Positions 19,657 to 32,325 of a stretch of DNA of 64,000 bases are shown piece by piece. Under the pieces are notes generated by a model. The model was not told where the DNA came from and searched no databases. It worked only from the letters and a program-made list of their open reading frames with translations. Each line of letters opens with the position of its first letter. Positions within the stretch are counted from its first letter, which is position 1. The stretch is from positions 3,616,001 through 3,680,000 of the forward strand of contig OZ251997.1 of assembly GCA_965247095.1 (NCBI GenBank). Reading direction: 5' to 3'. The translations under genes were made by a program, and so were the position numbers. This DNA is from Candidatus Multivorans sp. Lineage in GTDB: Bacteria > Acidobacteriota > Thermoanaerobaculia > Multivoradales > Multivoraceae.

Positions 19657-19832
19657 GATTCCTCCCCAGGGCCGATGGCTACGCGCCCAGCGCGGCCACT
19701 CCGCGATTTGCCTCGAGGCAGGGAGCCGAGCCGTATGCGGTGGCAAGAGTACCCCGGCAGAATCCTCGTGCGACAGAATGCTCTGCGGGAACGGGCTGTT
19801 CGTGTCGACCACCTGCGCCCGGCCCGATGCCG

Positions 19833-21266
19833 ATGCACGACGAGCCGATCCACTACATGAGCTTGCGCGATGTCGCACGCCTGATCGAAGCCCGCGAGCT
19901 TTCGCCGGTCAGCCTGACCGAGACGATGCTCGATCGGATCGCCGCCGTCGACGGACGGCTCAAGAGCTACGCGACCGTCATGGCCGACGACGCGCTGGCC
20001 GCGGCGCGTGTGGCCGAGTCGGAGATTGAGGGCGGGCGCTACCGCGGGCCGCTGCACGGCGTCCCGGTCGCCGTCAAGGACCTCTGCTACACGCGGGGCG
20101 TGCGCACCACGGGTGCGCTCTCGGTCCTGTCCGACTTCGTCCCCGAGTACGACGCCACCGTGGTCGCGAGGCTGGCAGGCGCCGGCGCCGTTCTCCTCGG
20201 CAAGCTGAACCTGACCGAAGGCGCGATGGGCGCCTACCACCCGGACTTCGACATCCCGGTCAACCCCTGGGACGAGGGCCTGTGGACGGGCGTTTCGTCG
20301 AGTGGCTCAGGCGTGGCCACGGCGGCCGGCCTCTGTTTTGGCTCTCTCGGCTCGGACACCGGCGGATCGATCCGGTTTCCATCGGCCCAGTGCGGCCTCG
20401 TCGGTATCAAACCAACCTGGGGCCGGGTCAGCCGCTACGGCGTGCTCGAACTCGCGGGCTCGCTCGACCACATCGGGCCGATGACGCGGAGCGTCGCCGA
20501 TGCCGCGATCATGCTCGAGGCGATCGCCGGCGTCGATGCGAACGACCCGACGACGCTCGAGGCACCGTTGCCCCCCATTCTGCAGACGCTCGATGGCAAC
20601 GTGGCCGGGGCGCGGCTCGGGTTCGATAGGCGGTACGCCGCGGAAGGCGTCGACCCCGCGGTCGCCGCCGCCGCCCTCGAGGCACTGCGGATCCTGGCCG
20701 GCCTGGGCGCCGAGGTGGTCGACGTCGAGATGCCGGCGGCGCCGTTCAACGACTGGTGGACCATCTGCTCCTATGAGGCCGTCCGGGCCCATGCCGCGAC
20801 GTACCCCAGCCGCGCTGCGGACTACGGGCCGTACTTCGGAGAGTTCCTGGAACACGGGTCGCAGGTGAGCGACGACGCGCACGCGGCGGCGACCAGGCGC
20901 CGTGCGGCGTTCACGGAGCGATTCGAGGCGATGCTGACCACCGTCGACGCGTTTGTCTGCCCGTCCAACGTCACCGCGCTACCGGTGACGGACGCCATGC
21001 GATACGACACGATCGCGGCATACAGGCAGGCAGTCGCAGAGGTTGCCGAGAGCTTCGATCCGCCACTGGGCAGCATGCAGCTCTTCACCGTGCCCGCTGA
21101 CTTCGCCGGCACGCCGACGATCTCTGTGCCGTGCGGCTTCTCGCCGGCGGGAGCGCCCCACAGCCTGCAACTCGTTGGCCGCGACCTGAGCGAGCCGACG
21201 CTCTGCCGCCTCGCCCACGCCTACGAGCAGGCCACCGACTGGCGCCTGCGCCATCCGGGCGTCTGA
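19833..21266 (+). CDS. Amidase signature family protein
   Basis: PLHGVPVAVKD, GVSSSGSG, GSDTGGSIRFPS. Confidence 0.93.
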   Translation: MHDEPIHYMSLRDVARLIEARELSPVSLTETMLDRIAAVDGRLKSYATVMADDALAAARVAESEIEGGRYRGPLHGVPVAVKDLCYTRGVRTTGALSVLSDFVPEYDATVVARLAGAGAVLLGKLNLTEGAMGAYHPDFDIPVNPWDEGLWTGVSSSGSGVATAAGLCFGSLGSDTGGSIRFPSAQCGLVGIKPTWGRVSRYGVLELAGSLDHIGPMTRSVADAAIMLEAIAGVDANDPTTLEAPLPPILQTLDGNVAGARLGFDRRYAAEGVDPAVAAAALEALRILAGLGAEVVDVEMPAAPFNDWWTICSYEAVRAHAATYPSRAADYGPYFGEFLEHGSQVSDDAHAAATRRRAAFTERFEAMLTTVDAFVCPSNVTALPVTDAMRYDTIAAYRQAVAEVAESFDPPLGSMQLFTVPADFAGTPTISVPCGFSPAGAPHSLQLVGRDLSEPTLCRLAHAYEQATDWRLRHPGV

Positions 21267-21289
21267 GTCCGCGCCGCGGATTCACTACG

Positions 21290-21318
21290 TTGCGTTCTGC
21301 GGCGCAAGCTCCTAGACT
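21290..21318 (+). promoter_or_regulatory. Putative sigma70-type promoter for sat/cysC formed at the TIR junction
   Basis: TTGCGT-N17-TAGACT, about 50 bp upstream of the ATG. Confidence 0.5.
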
Positions 21319-21370
21319 GCCGGGCCGGCCGGCGCTGCTGGGCCGCACTACGACCACGTCGACGGAGCAG

Positions 21371-23095
21371 ATGATGACCGAGCCGCAGGTGGCGCGGCGC
21401 AGCGGCTCGCCGCAGCCGCTGATCGCCGTCCCGGAACGCCTGAACGAACTGCGGGAGGGGTCTCGCGAGTGGCCCTCCTGGACGCTGACGCCGCGCCAGA
21501 TCTGCGATCTGGAGCTGCTTCTCTGCGGCGGGTTCGCGCCGCTCGACGGGTTCATGAACCGGGCCGCGTTCGACAGCGTCTGCGAGGCGATGCGCCTGCC
21601 CTCCGGCGCGCTGTGGCCGATCCCGATCACCCTCGACATGACGCCGGAAGCGGCCGGCGGATTGGAGGTGGGCGCCCCCCTGGTCCTGCGCGACCCGGAA
21701 GGGCTGATGCTGGCGGTGCTCACGGTGGAGGACGTCTGGGAACACGACCGGAAGAAGGAGGCCGAGCTGGTTTACGGCACGCTCGACCAGGCTCATCCCG
21801 GTGTAGGCCATCTCTACCAGCGGACGAACACCGTGTCCGTGGGGGGCAAGATCGAGGGAGTCCAACTGCCGCGGCACTACGACTTCCCCGGATTGCGGAA
21901 GACGCCCGAGCAGTTGCGGCGTCGCTTTGCGCAACTCGGATGGAAGACGGCGGTGGCTTTCCAGACCCGCAACCCCATGCACCGGGCGCACTTCGAGCTG
22001 ACCCTGCGGGCGGCCCGGGAGCTCGAGGCGAACCTGCTGATTCACCCGGTCGTCGGCATGACGAAGCCGGGCGACCTGGATCACTACACGCGCGTCCGCT
22101 GCTACCGCAAGGTCCTGAACCACTATCCGCGCCACACCGCGGAGCTAGCGCTGCTGCCTCTCGCCATGCGCATGGCGGGACCGCGCGAGGCGCTCTGGCA
22201 TGCCCTGATCCGCAGGAACTACGGCTGTACCCACCTGATCGTCGGCCGCGACCACGCGGGCCCTGGCGTGGACTCAAAGGGCCGGCCCTTCTACGGCCCC
22301 TACGACGCGCAGGAACTGATGGTCGAGCACGAGGCCGAGCTCGGCGTGAAGATGGTCCCCTTCCGGATGATGGTCTACGTCGAGGATCGCGACTCCTACG
22401 AGCCGGTGGACGCCGTGCAGGAGGGCGAACGGACGCTGTCGATCTCGGGCAGCGACCTCCGCCGCCGGCTGCGCCGGGGCCTTCCGATCCCGGAGTGGTT
22501 CACCTTTCCGGAAGTGGCCGGCGAGCTGCGCCGCAGTCACCCGGCGCGCAGCAACCAGGGCGTCACGGTGTTCTTCACCGGCCTTTCCGGCGCCGGCAAG
22601 TCGACGATCGCGAACGTCCTCTTGGTCAAGTTCCTTGAAACCGGCGGCCGTCCGGTGACGATGCTCGACGGCGACATCGTCCGCACCAACCTGTCCTCCG
22701 AACTCGGGTTCTCCCGGGAGCATCGCGACATCAACATCCGGCGCATCGGGTTCGTCGCCTCCGAGATCACGAAGAACGGCGGCGTGGCGATCTGCGCTCC
22801 GATCGCTCCGTACGAGAGCGTCCGCCAGGACGTGCGGGAGATAATCGAGGATGTCGGCGGCTTCATCCTGGTCCACGTGGCGACGCCGCTCGACGTGTGC
22901 GAGGAACGCGACGTCAAGGGGCTCTACGCCAAGGCCAGGGCGGGATTGATCGACGCCTTCACCGGCATATCGGATCCCTATGAGGTGCCGGAAGACCCGG
23001 ACCTGGTCATCGACACGACGGACATCACGGCCGAGGAGGCCGCACAGCAGGTCATGCTCCACCTGGAGAAGGAGGGGTTCGTCGGACCACGTTAG
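21371..23095 (+). CDS. sat: Bifunctional sulfate adenylyltransferase / adenylylsulfate kinase (sat/cysC)
   Basis: AFQTRNPMHRAH, IVGRDHAG, then APS kinase FTGLSGAGKST, LDGD, KGLYAKA, TGISDPYE. Confidence 0.96.
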   Translation: MMTEPQVARRSGSPQPLIAVPERLNELREGSREWPSWTLTPRQICDLELLLCGGFAPLDGFMNRAAFDSVCEAMRLPSGALWPIPITLDMTPEAAGGLEVGAPLVLRDPEGLMLAVLTVEDVWEHDRKKEAELVYGTLDQAHPGVGHLYQRTNTVSVGGKIEGVQLPRHYDFPGLRKTPEQLRRRFAQLGWKTAVAFQTRNPMHRAHFELTLRAARELEANLLIHPVVGMTKPGDLDHYTRVRCYRKVLNHYPRHTAELALLPLAMRMAGPREALWHALIRRNYGCTHLIVGRDHAGPGVDSKGRPFYGPYDAQELMVEHEAELGVKMVPFRMMVYVEDRDSYEPVDAVQEGERTLSISGSDLRRRLRRGLPIPEWFTFPEVAGELRRSHPARSNQGVTVFFTGLSGAGKSTIANVLLVKFLETGGRPVTMLDGDIVRTNLSSELGFSREHRDINIRRIGFVASEITKNGGVAICAPIAPYESVRQDVREIIEDVGGFILVHVATPLDVCEERDVKGLYAKARAGLIDAFTGISDPYEVPEDPDLVIDTTDITAEEAAQQVMLHLEKEGFVGPR

Positions 23096-23198
23096 CAGCC
23101 CGTGGTAGAAGTCCGTGTCGCACCGAGAGCGGTCAGGCGCCCGTCCAGCAAGGCGCGACGAGGGAGCATATCGGGCCATATTCGACTGAGGAGCAACG

Positions 23199-23714
23199 AT
23201 GCGGGGCGGGATGCATGGGCGCTCGAATGCAGCGCGACTTCTGCCACGGGCTGCTAGCAAGTCCTCCCCGCGGCGCTTCGCGCTCAATTGGCGATGGCTA
23301 TCGGTTGGCGTCGCCGGCGCCGTGGCGTTGTTCCTGCTCCTGCCGGCGCCCGCGTTCGCCGGCGCCTTCGAGCGTGCCCTGCGGTGGCTCGCGGGTCTGC
23401 TTGGGGGCGATGCGCGCCGGATGGCGGCCGAGCTGCCCTTGGACCAGATCGTCCATGGGTTTCTGTTCGCCCTGCTGGCCTGGGTCTGGTGCCGGCCGCC
23501 GGCGCGCGCCGGCCGCGTCCGCGGCGTGGTTCTCGCGTCGGTGGCGGCGGTGGTCTACGGCGGCGCCATCGAGATCTGCCAGATGCTGCTCGGCTACCGG
23601 TCGGGCGAGTGGATGGACCTGGTCGCCGATGCGGTCGGTGTCGCGTTCGGCGCACTGCTCGCCTCGCGGTTGCTCCCGCGACGCCGGGACTTCGTCGCGG
23701 CCCGTTCGGGTTGA
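23199..23714 (+). CDS. VanZ-like membrane protein
   Basis: DQIVHGFLFALL, YGGAIEICQ...RSGEWMDLVADAVG; start uncertain. Confidence 0.75.
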   Translation: MRGGMHGRSNAARLLPRAASKSSPRRFALNWRWLSVGVAGAVALFLLLPAPAFAGAFERALRWLAGLLGGDARRMAAELPLDQIVHGFLFALLAWVWCRPPARAGRVRGVVLASVAAVVYGGAIEICQMLLGYRSGEWMDLVADAVGVAFGALLASRLLPRRRDFVAARSG

Positions 23715-23764
23715 CGCTGTTAGCGTCGCGGACCGGCTGAAAGTACGGCCGGGACAAGCGTGGA

Positions 23765-27282
<3,518 letters not shown>

Positions 27283-27286
<4 letters not shown>

Positions 27287-28978
27287 AGGGTTGGTCGACC
27301 TGTCGCCAGGCGCTGTTTGCACAGACCAGACAGCCCTCCGGCCGCGAACGATGTCGACTTGTCGGGTTTGCGTCGCGCCGGGCCACGGTTCTGCTCCGGG
27401 GCGTGTTCCTGGTCGCCCTGTTCCTCGGCCCGGGCTCGTCGGCAGAGGCGCAAAGCTGCACGGAACCGGCGTTCTGGGATGCGTTCGACCAGCGTTGCGA
27501 GGTCCAGGTGTGCGCCGAAGGCTTCACGCAACACGCCAACCGCTGCTTCCTGAATGGGACATTTGCGGCCTACGCGGCCAGTTGTCCGGTCGGTTGGGCA
27601 AGTCACGGCAACCCCCTACGGCATCGACCACTACAGCATGCAGTGTGTCGATCCATCGCCCTCTGAACCGCCACCGCCATCGGAGCCGCCACCGCGGATT
27701 GTCATAGCGCGTCCGCCGGTGACGCCAACAAGGGCGACGCTCGTCTCAGCGACTGAAACCGACAGCCCTGGCCGGACCTACTCGTTTACATTGGCGTCCC
27801 GCCACGCCGTCAGCGTTTCGCTAACCGGGATGAACCGGGACATAGACTGTTCCGTGGACGGTTCTGCCTGCTCGAACCGCGGCGGAACAAGCGACGAAGA
27901 CTGGAGCGGAGAGCTGGCCGCTGGGTCGCATAGCGTCCGGGTGTACCCGTACGGTGGAGGAACAGGCAACTACACGATAACCGTTACCGGCAACCCCATT
28001 GTCGACGCGGTGGCGGCGCCGCCGCCACCGCCAACGGTCCGACGCACGCTGGAGACAAGGGTCGGGCTTGTGTTCGCGACCGAAACGGACAGCCCTGGCC
28101 GGACCTACTCGTTCACTTTGGCGTCCCGCCAGACCGTGACCGTTTCGCTGACCGGCATGAACCGGGACATCGACTGTTCGGTCAACGGCTCTCGCTGCTC
28201 GAATCGGGGTGGAACCAGCGACGACGAGTGGAGCCGCGAACTGGCGGCCGGATCGCACAGCGTTCGGGTGTATCCATACCTTGGAGGAACGGGTGACTAC
28301 ACCATCATGGCGGTCGTCAACTGCCCCGCCGGTCACGTTGCTTCTGGCGGTAGCTGCTATCGGTACGTCGTACCGAGTCCTTCCAGTGTGACCGCTGCGT
28401 CCGGGACGGAGGCGCGAACGTGCGACGACAATACGGAACTGGAGGAAGGGCAATCCTGTGTAGAGGGTATCGTCGTCGACGAGGTCGTCAACGTTACGAG
28501 CACGCCTATCCTAATCCGGCGGTTGCCGGGCGGCGGTGGCGGCGGTGGCGGTGGTGGTGGTGGCGGTGGCGGCGGCGGTGGCGGCGAGATTCACTTGCCG
28601 TCATGGGTAACCCAATCGATGCAAACTCAACTGGCAACCGCTGCTACGGATGCAACAGCAAAAGCGACGTCGTGTTCGGTAACGCCGCCGAGCGGCGTGC
28701 CGTACAACGCCTACGCGGCCCTCACGGCCGCGCAGATAGTGTTTGAGGGAGATGGCTGCTCCATTGGCCTTCCTGCTCACGTGGACAGCATACCGGGGAC
28801 GACAATTCATATATGTCCTCGATTCTTCGATCGGTCCGCACACCGAAGATCCCGCGTGATCATGCACGAGGGGTTGCACTTGGCGGGCCTTAATCATGCG
28901 GACTTTCCTCCCTTCGAGGATGGCGATGCCACTGGGATGAACGATGCAATCACAAGCTCCTGTGGTTACTCGCCGTGA
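27283..28978 (+). pseudogene. Frameshifted secreted protein: signal peptide, Cys-rich domain, two PPC-like repeats, Gly19 linker, C-terminal HExxH zincin-like domain
   Basis: One frame matches paralog 30540 up to CPVGW; homology resumes in the 27554 frame after one extra base near 27601; C-terminal ICPRFF...IMHEGLH; start uncertain. Confidence 0.7.
28529..28585 (+). repeat. (GGC/GGT)19 poly-glycine tract
   Basis: 57 bp of mixed GGC/GGT codons. Confidence 0.95.
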
Positions 28979-29061
28979 AGAGCGAACGGCCGGGGAGTGC
29001 GACGTCAGAGAGTAGACCCACGGGATGACGCAAGTCAGATTCCCGTAGCAAAGGAGAAACG

Positions 29062-30474
29062 ATGACCAGGAATCGCAAGGCGAGGGCCCCATTTGCTGTT
29101 CCACAAGCCGGTTCAGGGCGAACCCGGTGCAAGAGCAGGGTACCCCTGCTCATCGGAGTGCTTGTGGTCCTGAGCGGGCCGGGGCATGTTGCGCGCGCGA
29201 TACAGGTGCAGCCTGTCAGGTGGGAGATCAGCCCGGCAGGCTCAGTGACCACCAGGGCCTCGGGTGTTTCTCGCTCGGAGGCCCAGGAATACCTGGAGCG
29301 TCTTGGTTTGACCGCTGGGGCTGTCGCCGATCCAGAAGTGAGCGTCTACGGGAGCGATGCCTTTCACGGCGTGCAGGAGGCGAAGGCCGACTGGGTCGTG
29401 CACCGGCTCGAACTCAATGGCAAGTTCGCATCCCGTGGATCGACAGAGGTTCTTGGTCAAGGCATGACGGTGACGTCCGTCATCGGCCCCGACGGCCTTC
29501 TGATTACGGATGATCGGGGCGGGTATCGGATCGAAGCACGTCGAAAGTTCCCGCTCGCCACATGCGATCGTGGGATTGATGCGGTTGCCGACTGCGACGA
29601 GGTGGTGAGCTTCGATATGGCCAGGGACGGCCGCGGCAGGATCGTCGAGTTCGTCAGAGACAGCCAGGGCGTTCCAAGCGGAGTACGGTTCGGTGAGACC
29701 TTGCTGCTTCGCTACAGGTTCACGCCACCGTTGCCCGAGCCGCCCCCGGAAGTTTGGCAAGGTGACCCTTGGCGGGAGCCGTCTTCGTGGGACTTGATCG
29801 ACGTTCGGACGTCGGAGATGGTGATCGATTCTGCCGATGCCGCCAAGGTGGCCTCTGCGGTTCCGGTCTTTTCGGTGGTCCTCAAAGGCATCGGCGAAGT
29901 GGTTCGCTTTGAAGGTGGAAGGCCGTTTGCCGTCGCGCAAGGTTCGGGGTTGTGGACTTACGCCCTCTTGTCTCTCGAGACGACTTCGGACGTCTGGCGC
30001 AGCGTTCATGCATGGGGCGATATGAGCCGGAAGTACTGGTTTCGTGTGGACTACACGGATGAACTCGTGCGAGTCGAGATCAAGGCCGGGGGAGGCGACC
30101 GAAGCGTTGTCGTGGAGGCGCCGCGCAGCCGCGACAGTGTGGCGCCGGCTTCGTTCGTGCATCCCGGCGCCGATATGTTGACGGACGCCATGCGGTCTGG
30201 AGTTCGGCTGCGGACTACTGAGCCTCTGGAGACCTGGCTGCATAGTACGTTTGAGAAGGAGAGTCTTCCGATCGTGCTGAGTCCGTTCCACCATCGGGGC
30301 ATCGAAGTTGAAAGGAGTGTGGAAACGGAGTCGGGCGTGGTCCGGGAGGCGGCTCGCATGGAGCCTGAGTTTCAGTTCGGCCCGGCCGACGGATGCGAAG
30401 AGCAGGACCAGGGGATCGTATGCTCGGGTGGGGAGAGCGACGTGATCGGTGAGGAGAGCACTTACCCTTGGTGA
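29062..30474 (+). CDS. Hypothetical secreted protein, beta-rich, weak YD-repeat-like segment
   Basis: AGGAG RBS; hydrophobic signal-like N-terminus; RDGRGRIVEFVRDSQG segment. Confidence 0.65.
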   Translation: MTRNRKARAPFAVPQAGSGRTRCKSRVPLLIGVLVVLSGPGHVARAIQVQPVRWEISPAGSVTTRASGVSRSEAQEYLERLGLTAGAVADPEVSVYGSDAFHGVQEAKADWVVHRLELNGKFASRGSTEVLGQGMTVTSVIGPDGLLITDDRGGYRIEARRKFPLATCDRGIDAVADCDEVVSFDMARDGRGRIVEFVRDSQGVPSGVRFGETLLLRYRFTPPLPEPPPEVWQGDPWREPSSWDLIDVRTSEMVIDSADAAKVASAVPVFSVVLKGIGEVVRFEGGRPFAVAQGSGLWTYALLSLETTSDVWRSVHAWGDMSRKYWFRVDYTDELVRVEIKAGGGDRSVVVEAPRSRDSVAPASFVHPGADMLTDAMRSGVRLRTTEPLETWLHSTFEKESLPIVLSPFHHRGIEVERSVETESGVVREAARMEPEFQFGPADGCEEQDQGIVCSGGESDVIGEESTYPW

Positions 30475-30539
30475 GGCGACGCACATCGGGCGGAACCGGG
30501 GTGCGAAAGCCAGCTTCGACAACTCTCGGAGGCTAGACC

Positions 30540-31379
30540 ATGCGGGCACCCTCTAGAGGCGCCGCGTCGCCGCTGTCGGCCGCCACGCCGTTCCCTCCTC
30601 TCAATGCCACGTTGTCCGGCCACTTGCCGTGTCGGACAGCGGTCTTGCTCGGAGGCACTCTCTTGGTGGGACTGTTGTTCGCCTTGGGCACGCCGGCACA
30701 GGCGCAGACCTGTACTCCTCCGGCATTCTGGAATGAGTTCAGTTCTGGCGGCGGACGCTGTGAAGTGCGTCTGTGCGCAGAGGGGTTCACGCAGGACAAC
30801 GACCGGTGCATGCTGAACGGGACGTTGGTGGGTTACGCGGCCTCGTGCCCAGTCGGTTGGGGAGTCACCGCCGTCGAAGGCCCCTGGCTGTACACCATGC
30901 GGTGCGTCGATCCCTCGCCTGCCGGAAGGCCGCCGGGACGGGCGCGCCGCATCCTGGAGACGCGCGTGGGGCTGGTATTCGCGACCGAAGCGGACAGCCT
31001 TGGACAGACCTACTCGTTCACCTTGGCGTCCCGTCAGACCGTGAGCGTCTCACTGACCGGCATGAACCGGAATTTCGACTGTTCCGTCAACAGTTCTTTC
31101 TGCTCGAATCGCGACGGAACCCGCGACGATTCCTGGACCGGGGAGCTGGCGGCCGGATCGCACAGCATCCGGGTGTCCCCCTCCAGTGGGAGAAGGGGCG
31201 ACTACACCATCATGGCGGTCGTCTACTGTCCGCCCGGTCATTTTGCTTCTGGTGGAAGTTGCTATCGGTACGTCCCGCCGGACCGTCCGGCACCCGATCG
31301 TCCCGACAGGGGAACATCGACTCCTCTTGAGGACGACAGGGTGCCTGGCACGGCGCCCGAGGTCGAGACCCCGCCCTGA
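30540..31379 (+). CDS. Secreted Cys-rich, single PPC-like domain protein (short paralog of 27283-28978, no protease domain)
   Basis: Signal peptide ending AQAQ; CxxPAFW...CAEGF...LNGT...YAASCPVGW; one PPC-like repeat. Confidence 0.75.
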   Translation: MRAPSRGAASPLSAATPFPPLNATLSGHLPCRTAVLLGGTLLVGLLFALGTPAQAQTCTPPAFWNEFSSGGGRCEVRLCAEGFTQDNDRCMLNGTLVGYAASCPVGWGVTAVEGPWLYTMRCVDPSPAGRPPGRARRILETRVGLVFATEADSLGQTYSFTLASRQTVSVSLTGMNRNFDCSVNSSFCSNRDGTRDDSWTGELAAGSHSIRVSPSSGRRGDYTIMAVVYCPPGHFASGGSCYRYVPPDRPAPDRPDRGTSTPLEDDRVPGTAPEVETPP

Positions 31380-31559
31380 GAGAGCCAAGATAGCCGGCCC
31401 GAGCCGCTTTCTTCTTCCGCTTCTCCTGCTTGGCCTGCTGGAGGCACGTACTCGTTCACGTTGACTTCCCGACACCAGTCAGCGTTGCGCTGACCGGCAT
31501 GAACCGGGACTTCGACTCTTCGGTTGGCTAGCCAGCCCGCCTTGGTAGGCGCAACGGCA

Positions 31560-31584
31560 CCAACTTGACAACTTGACAGGTTGG
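31560..31584 (+). promoter_or_regulatory. Putative TA promoter/operator
   Basis: Tandem CAACTTGA containing TTGACA twice, enclosed by the imperfect palindrome CCAACTTG/CAGGTTGG. Confidence 0.45.
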
Positions 31585-31600
31585 CTGCAAGAGTCGGCAC

Positions 31601-31840
31601 ATGAAAGCGCTTCCGGTAGCCGAGTTGAAGGCCGGGTTTTCCAAGGTCCTCGCCGACGTGCGCCGTGGCGAGCGCATCGGCGTCCTGTACGGGAGGTCGA
31701 AGACGCCGGTCGCCATGATCGTTCCGTACGAGCCGGCGCTTGCAGGCAAGCGCGAACTCGGTTTCCTCGACGGGGAGGTCACGATCGAGTTCACCGATGA
31801 CTTCGAGATGACCGAAGAGGAGTTCCTGGGCGGCGCGTGA
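31601..31840 (+). CDS. Phd/YefM-family antitoxin
   Basis: VAELKAGFSKVLADVRRGE...PVAMIVP...RELG. Confidence 0.85.
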   Translation: MKALPVAELKAGFSKVLADVRRGERIGVLYGRSKTPVAMIVPYEPALAGKRELGFLDGEVTIEFTDDFEMTEEEFLGGA

Positions 31841-32238
31841 CGTACCTGCTGGACACCCATGTCCTGCTGTGGGCCATCGGCAGATCGAAGAGGCTGTCCG
31901 CTCCCGCTCGGGAGATCATCGAGGACTCGCGCAACCGCGTACTGGTGAGCACCGTGTCCCTTTGGGAGGCGTCGCTGAAGTACGGGTTGGGGAAGCTGAA
32001 GCTCGATCCGCTGGTTCCGGACGAGATTCCCGACAACTGCGCCCGGCTCGGCTTCGAGATCCTCCCGCTGGAAAGCGCGGACGCGGCGAGCTACCACGTC
32101 CTGCCGCGGGTGGCCAAGCATCGCGACCCGTTCGACCGCATGCTCGTTCACCAGTGCATTCGCGGCAACCTGATTCTGGTCAGCCGGGATGGGCGAATGA
32201 GGAGCTATCGATCCCACGGGTTGCGGCAGGTCTGGTAG
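31837..32238 (+). CDS. vapC: VapC-family PIN toxin
   Basis: YLLDTHVLLW, SLWE, HRDPFDRML, LVSRD; GTGA overlap with the antitoxin. Confidence 0.92.
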   Translation: MTYLLDTHVLLWAIGRSKRLSAPAREIIEDSRNRVLVSTVSLWEASLKYGLGKLKLDPLVPDEIPDNCARLGFEILPLESADAASYHVLPRVAKHRDPFDRMLVHQCIRGNLILVSRDGRMRSYRSHGLRQVW

Positions 32239-32325
32239 GGCGTGTCGCGGGGAGTGGCGCGCGAGGCGTCGACACGGCCAGGTTAGTTGGTCGCAGGGCC
32301 GGCCGTGTTTCGCCGGCTCGGCTGG

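Larger units (their letters stand above)
15780..21315. mobile_element. Putative non-autonomous TIR-bounded cargo element (4 genes) with CTAG target duplication
   Basis: Left end CTAG-GAGCTTGCGCGGTAGAACG; right end CGTTCTGCGGCGCAAGCTC-CTAG (21/23 match as inverted repeats); no transposase inside. Confidence 0.62.
27749..31525 (+). repeat. Dispersed 231-bp PPC-like domain repeat: 27749-27979, 28076-28306, 30981-31211, and a relic at 31446-31525
   Basis: Shared ATETDS-GxTYSFTLASR-VSLTGMNR-DCSV-CSNR-W-ELAAGSHS motif at both DNA and protein level. Confidence 0.9.

Noticed and set aside
19859-19869. GAGCTTGCGCG match to the MITE end inside the amidase gene
   Set aside because: Only 11 bp, lacks CTAG, and lies in coding sequence (MSLRD); probably chance
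23096-23764. Cobalamin or SAM riboswitch upstream of metH
   Set aside because: No recognisable motif; the space is taken by the VanZ-like gene and a 50-bp gap
29020-29048. GCAA-tetraloop hairpin before ORF 29062 as a c-di-GMP riboswitch
   Set aside because: Single short stem; second stem and conserved GEMM core not identifiable
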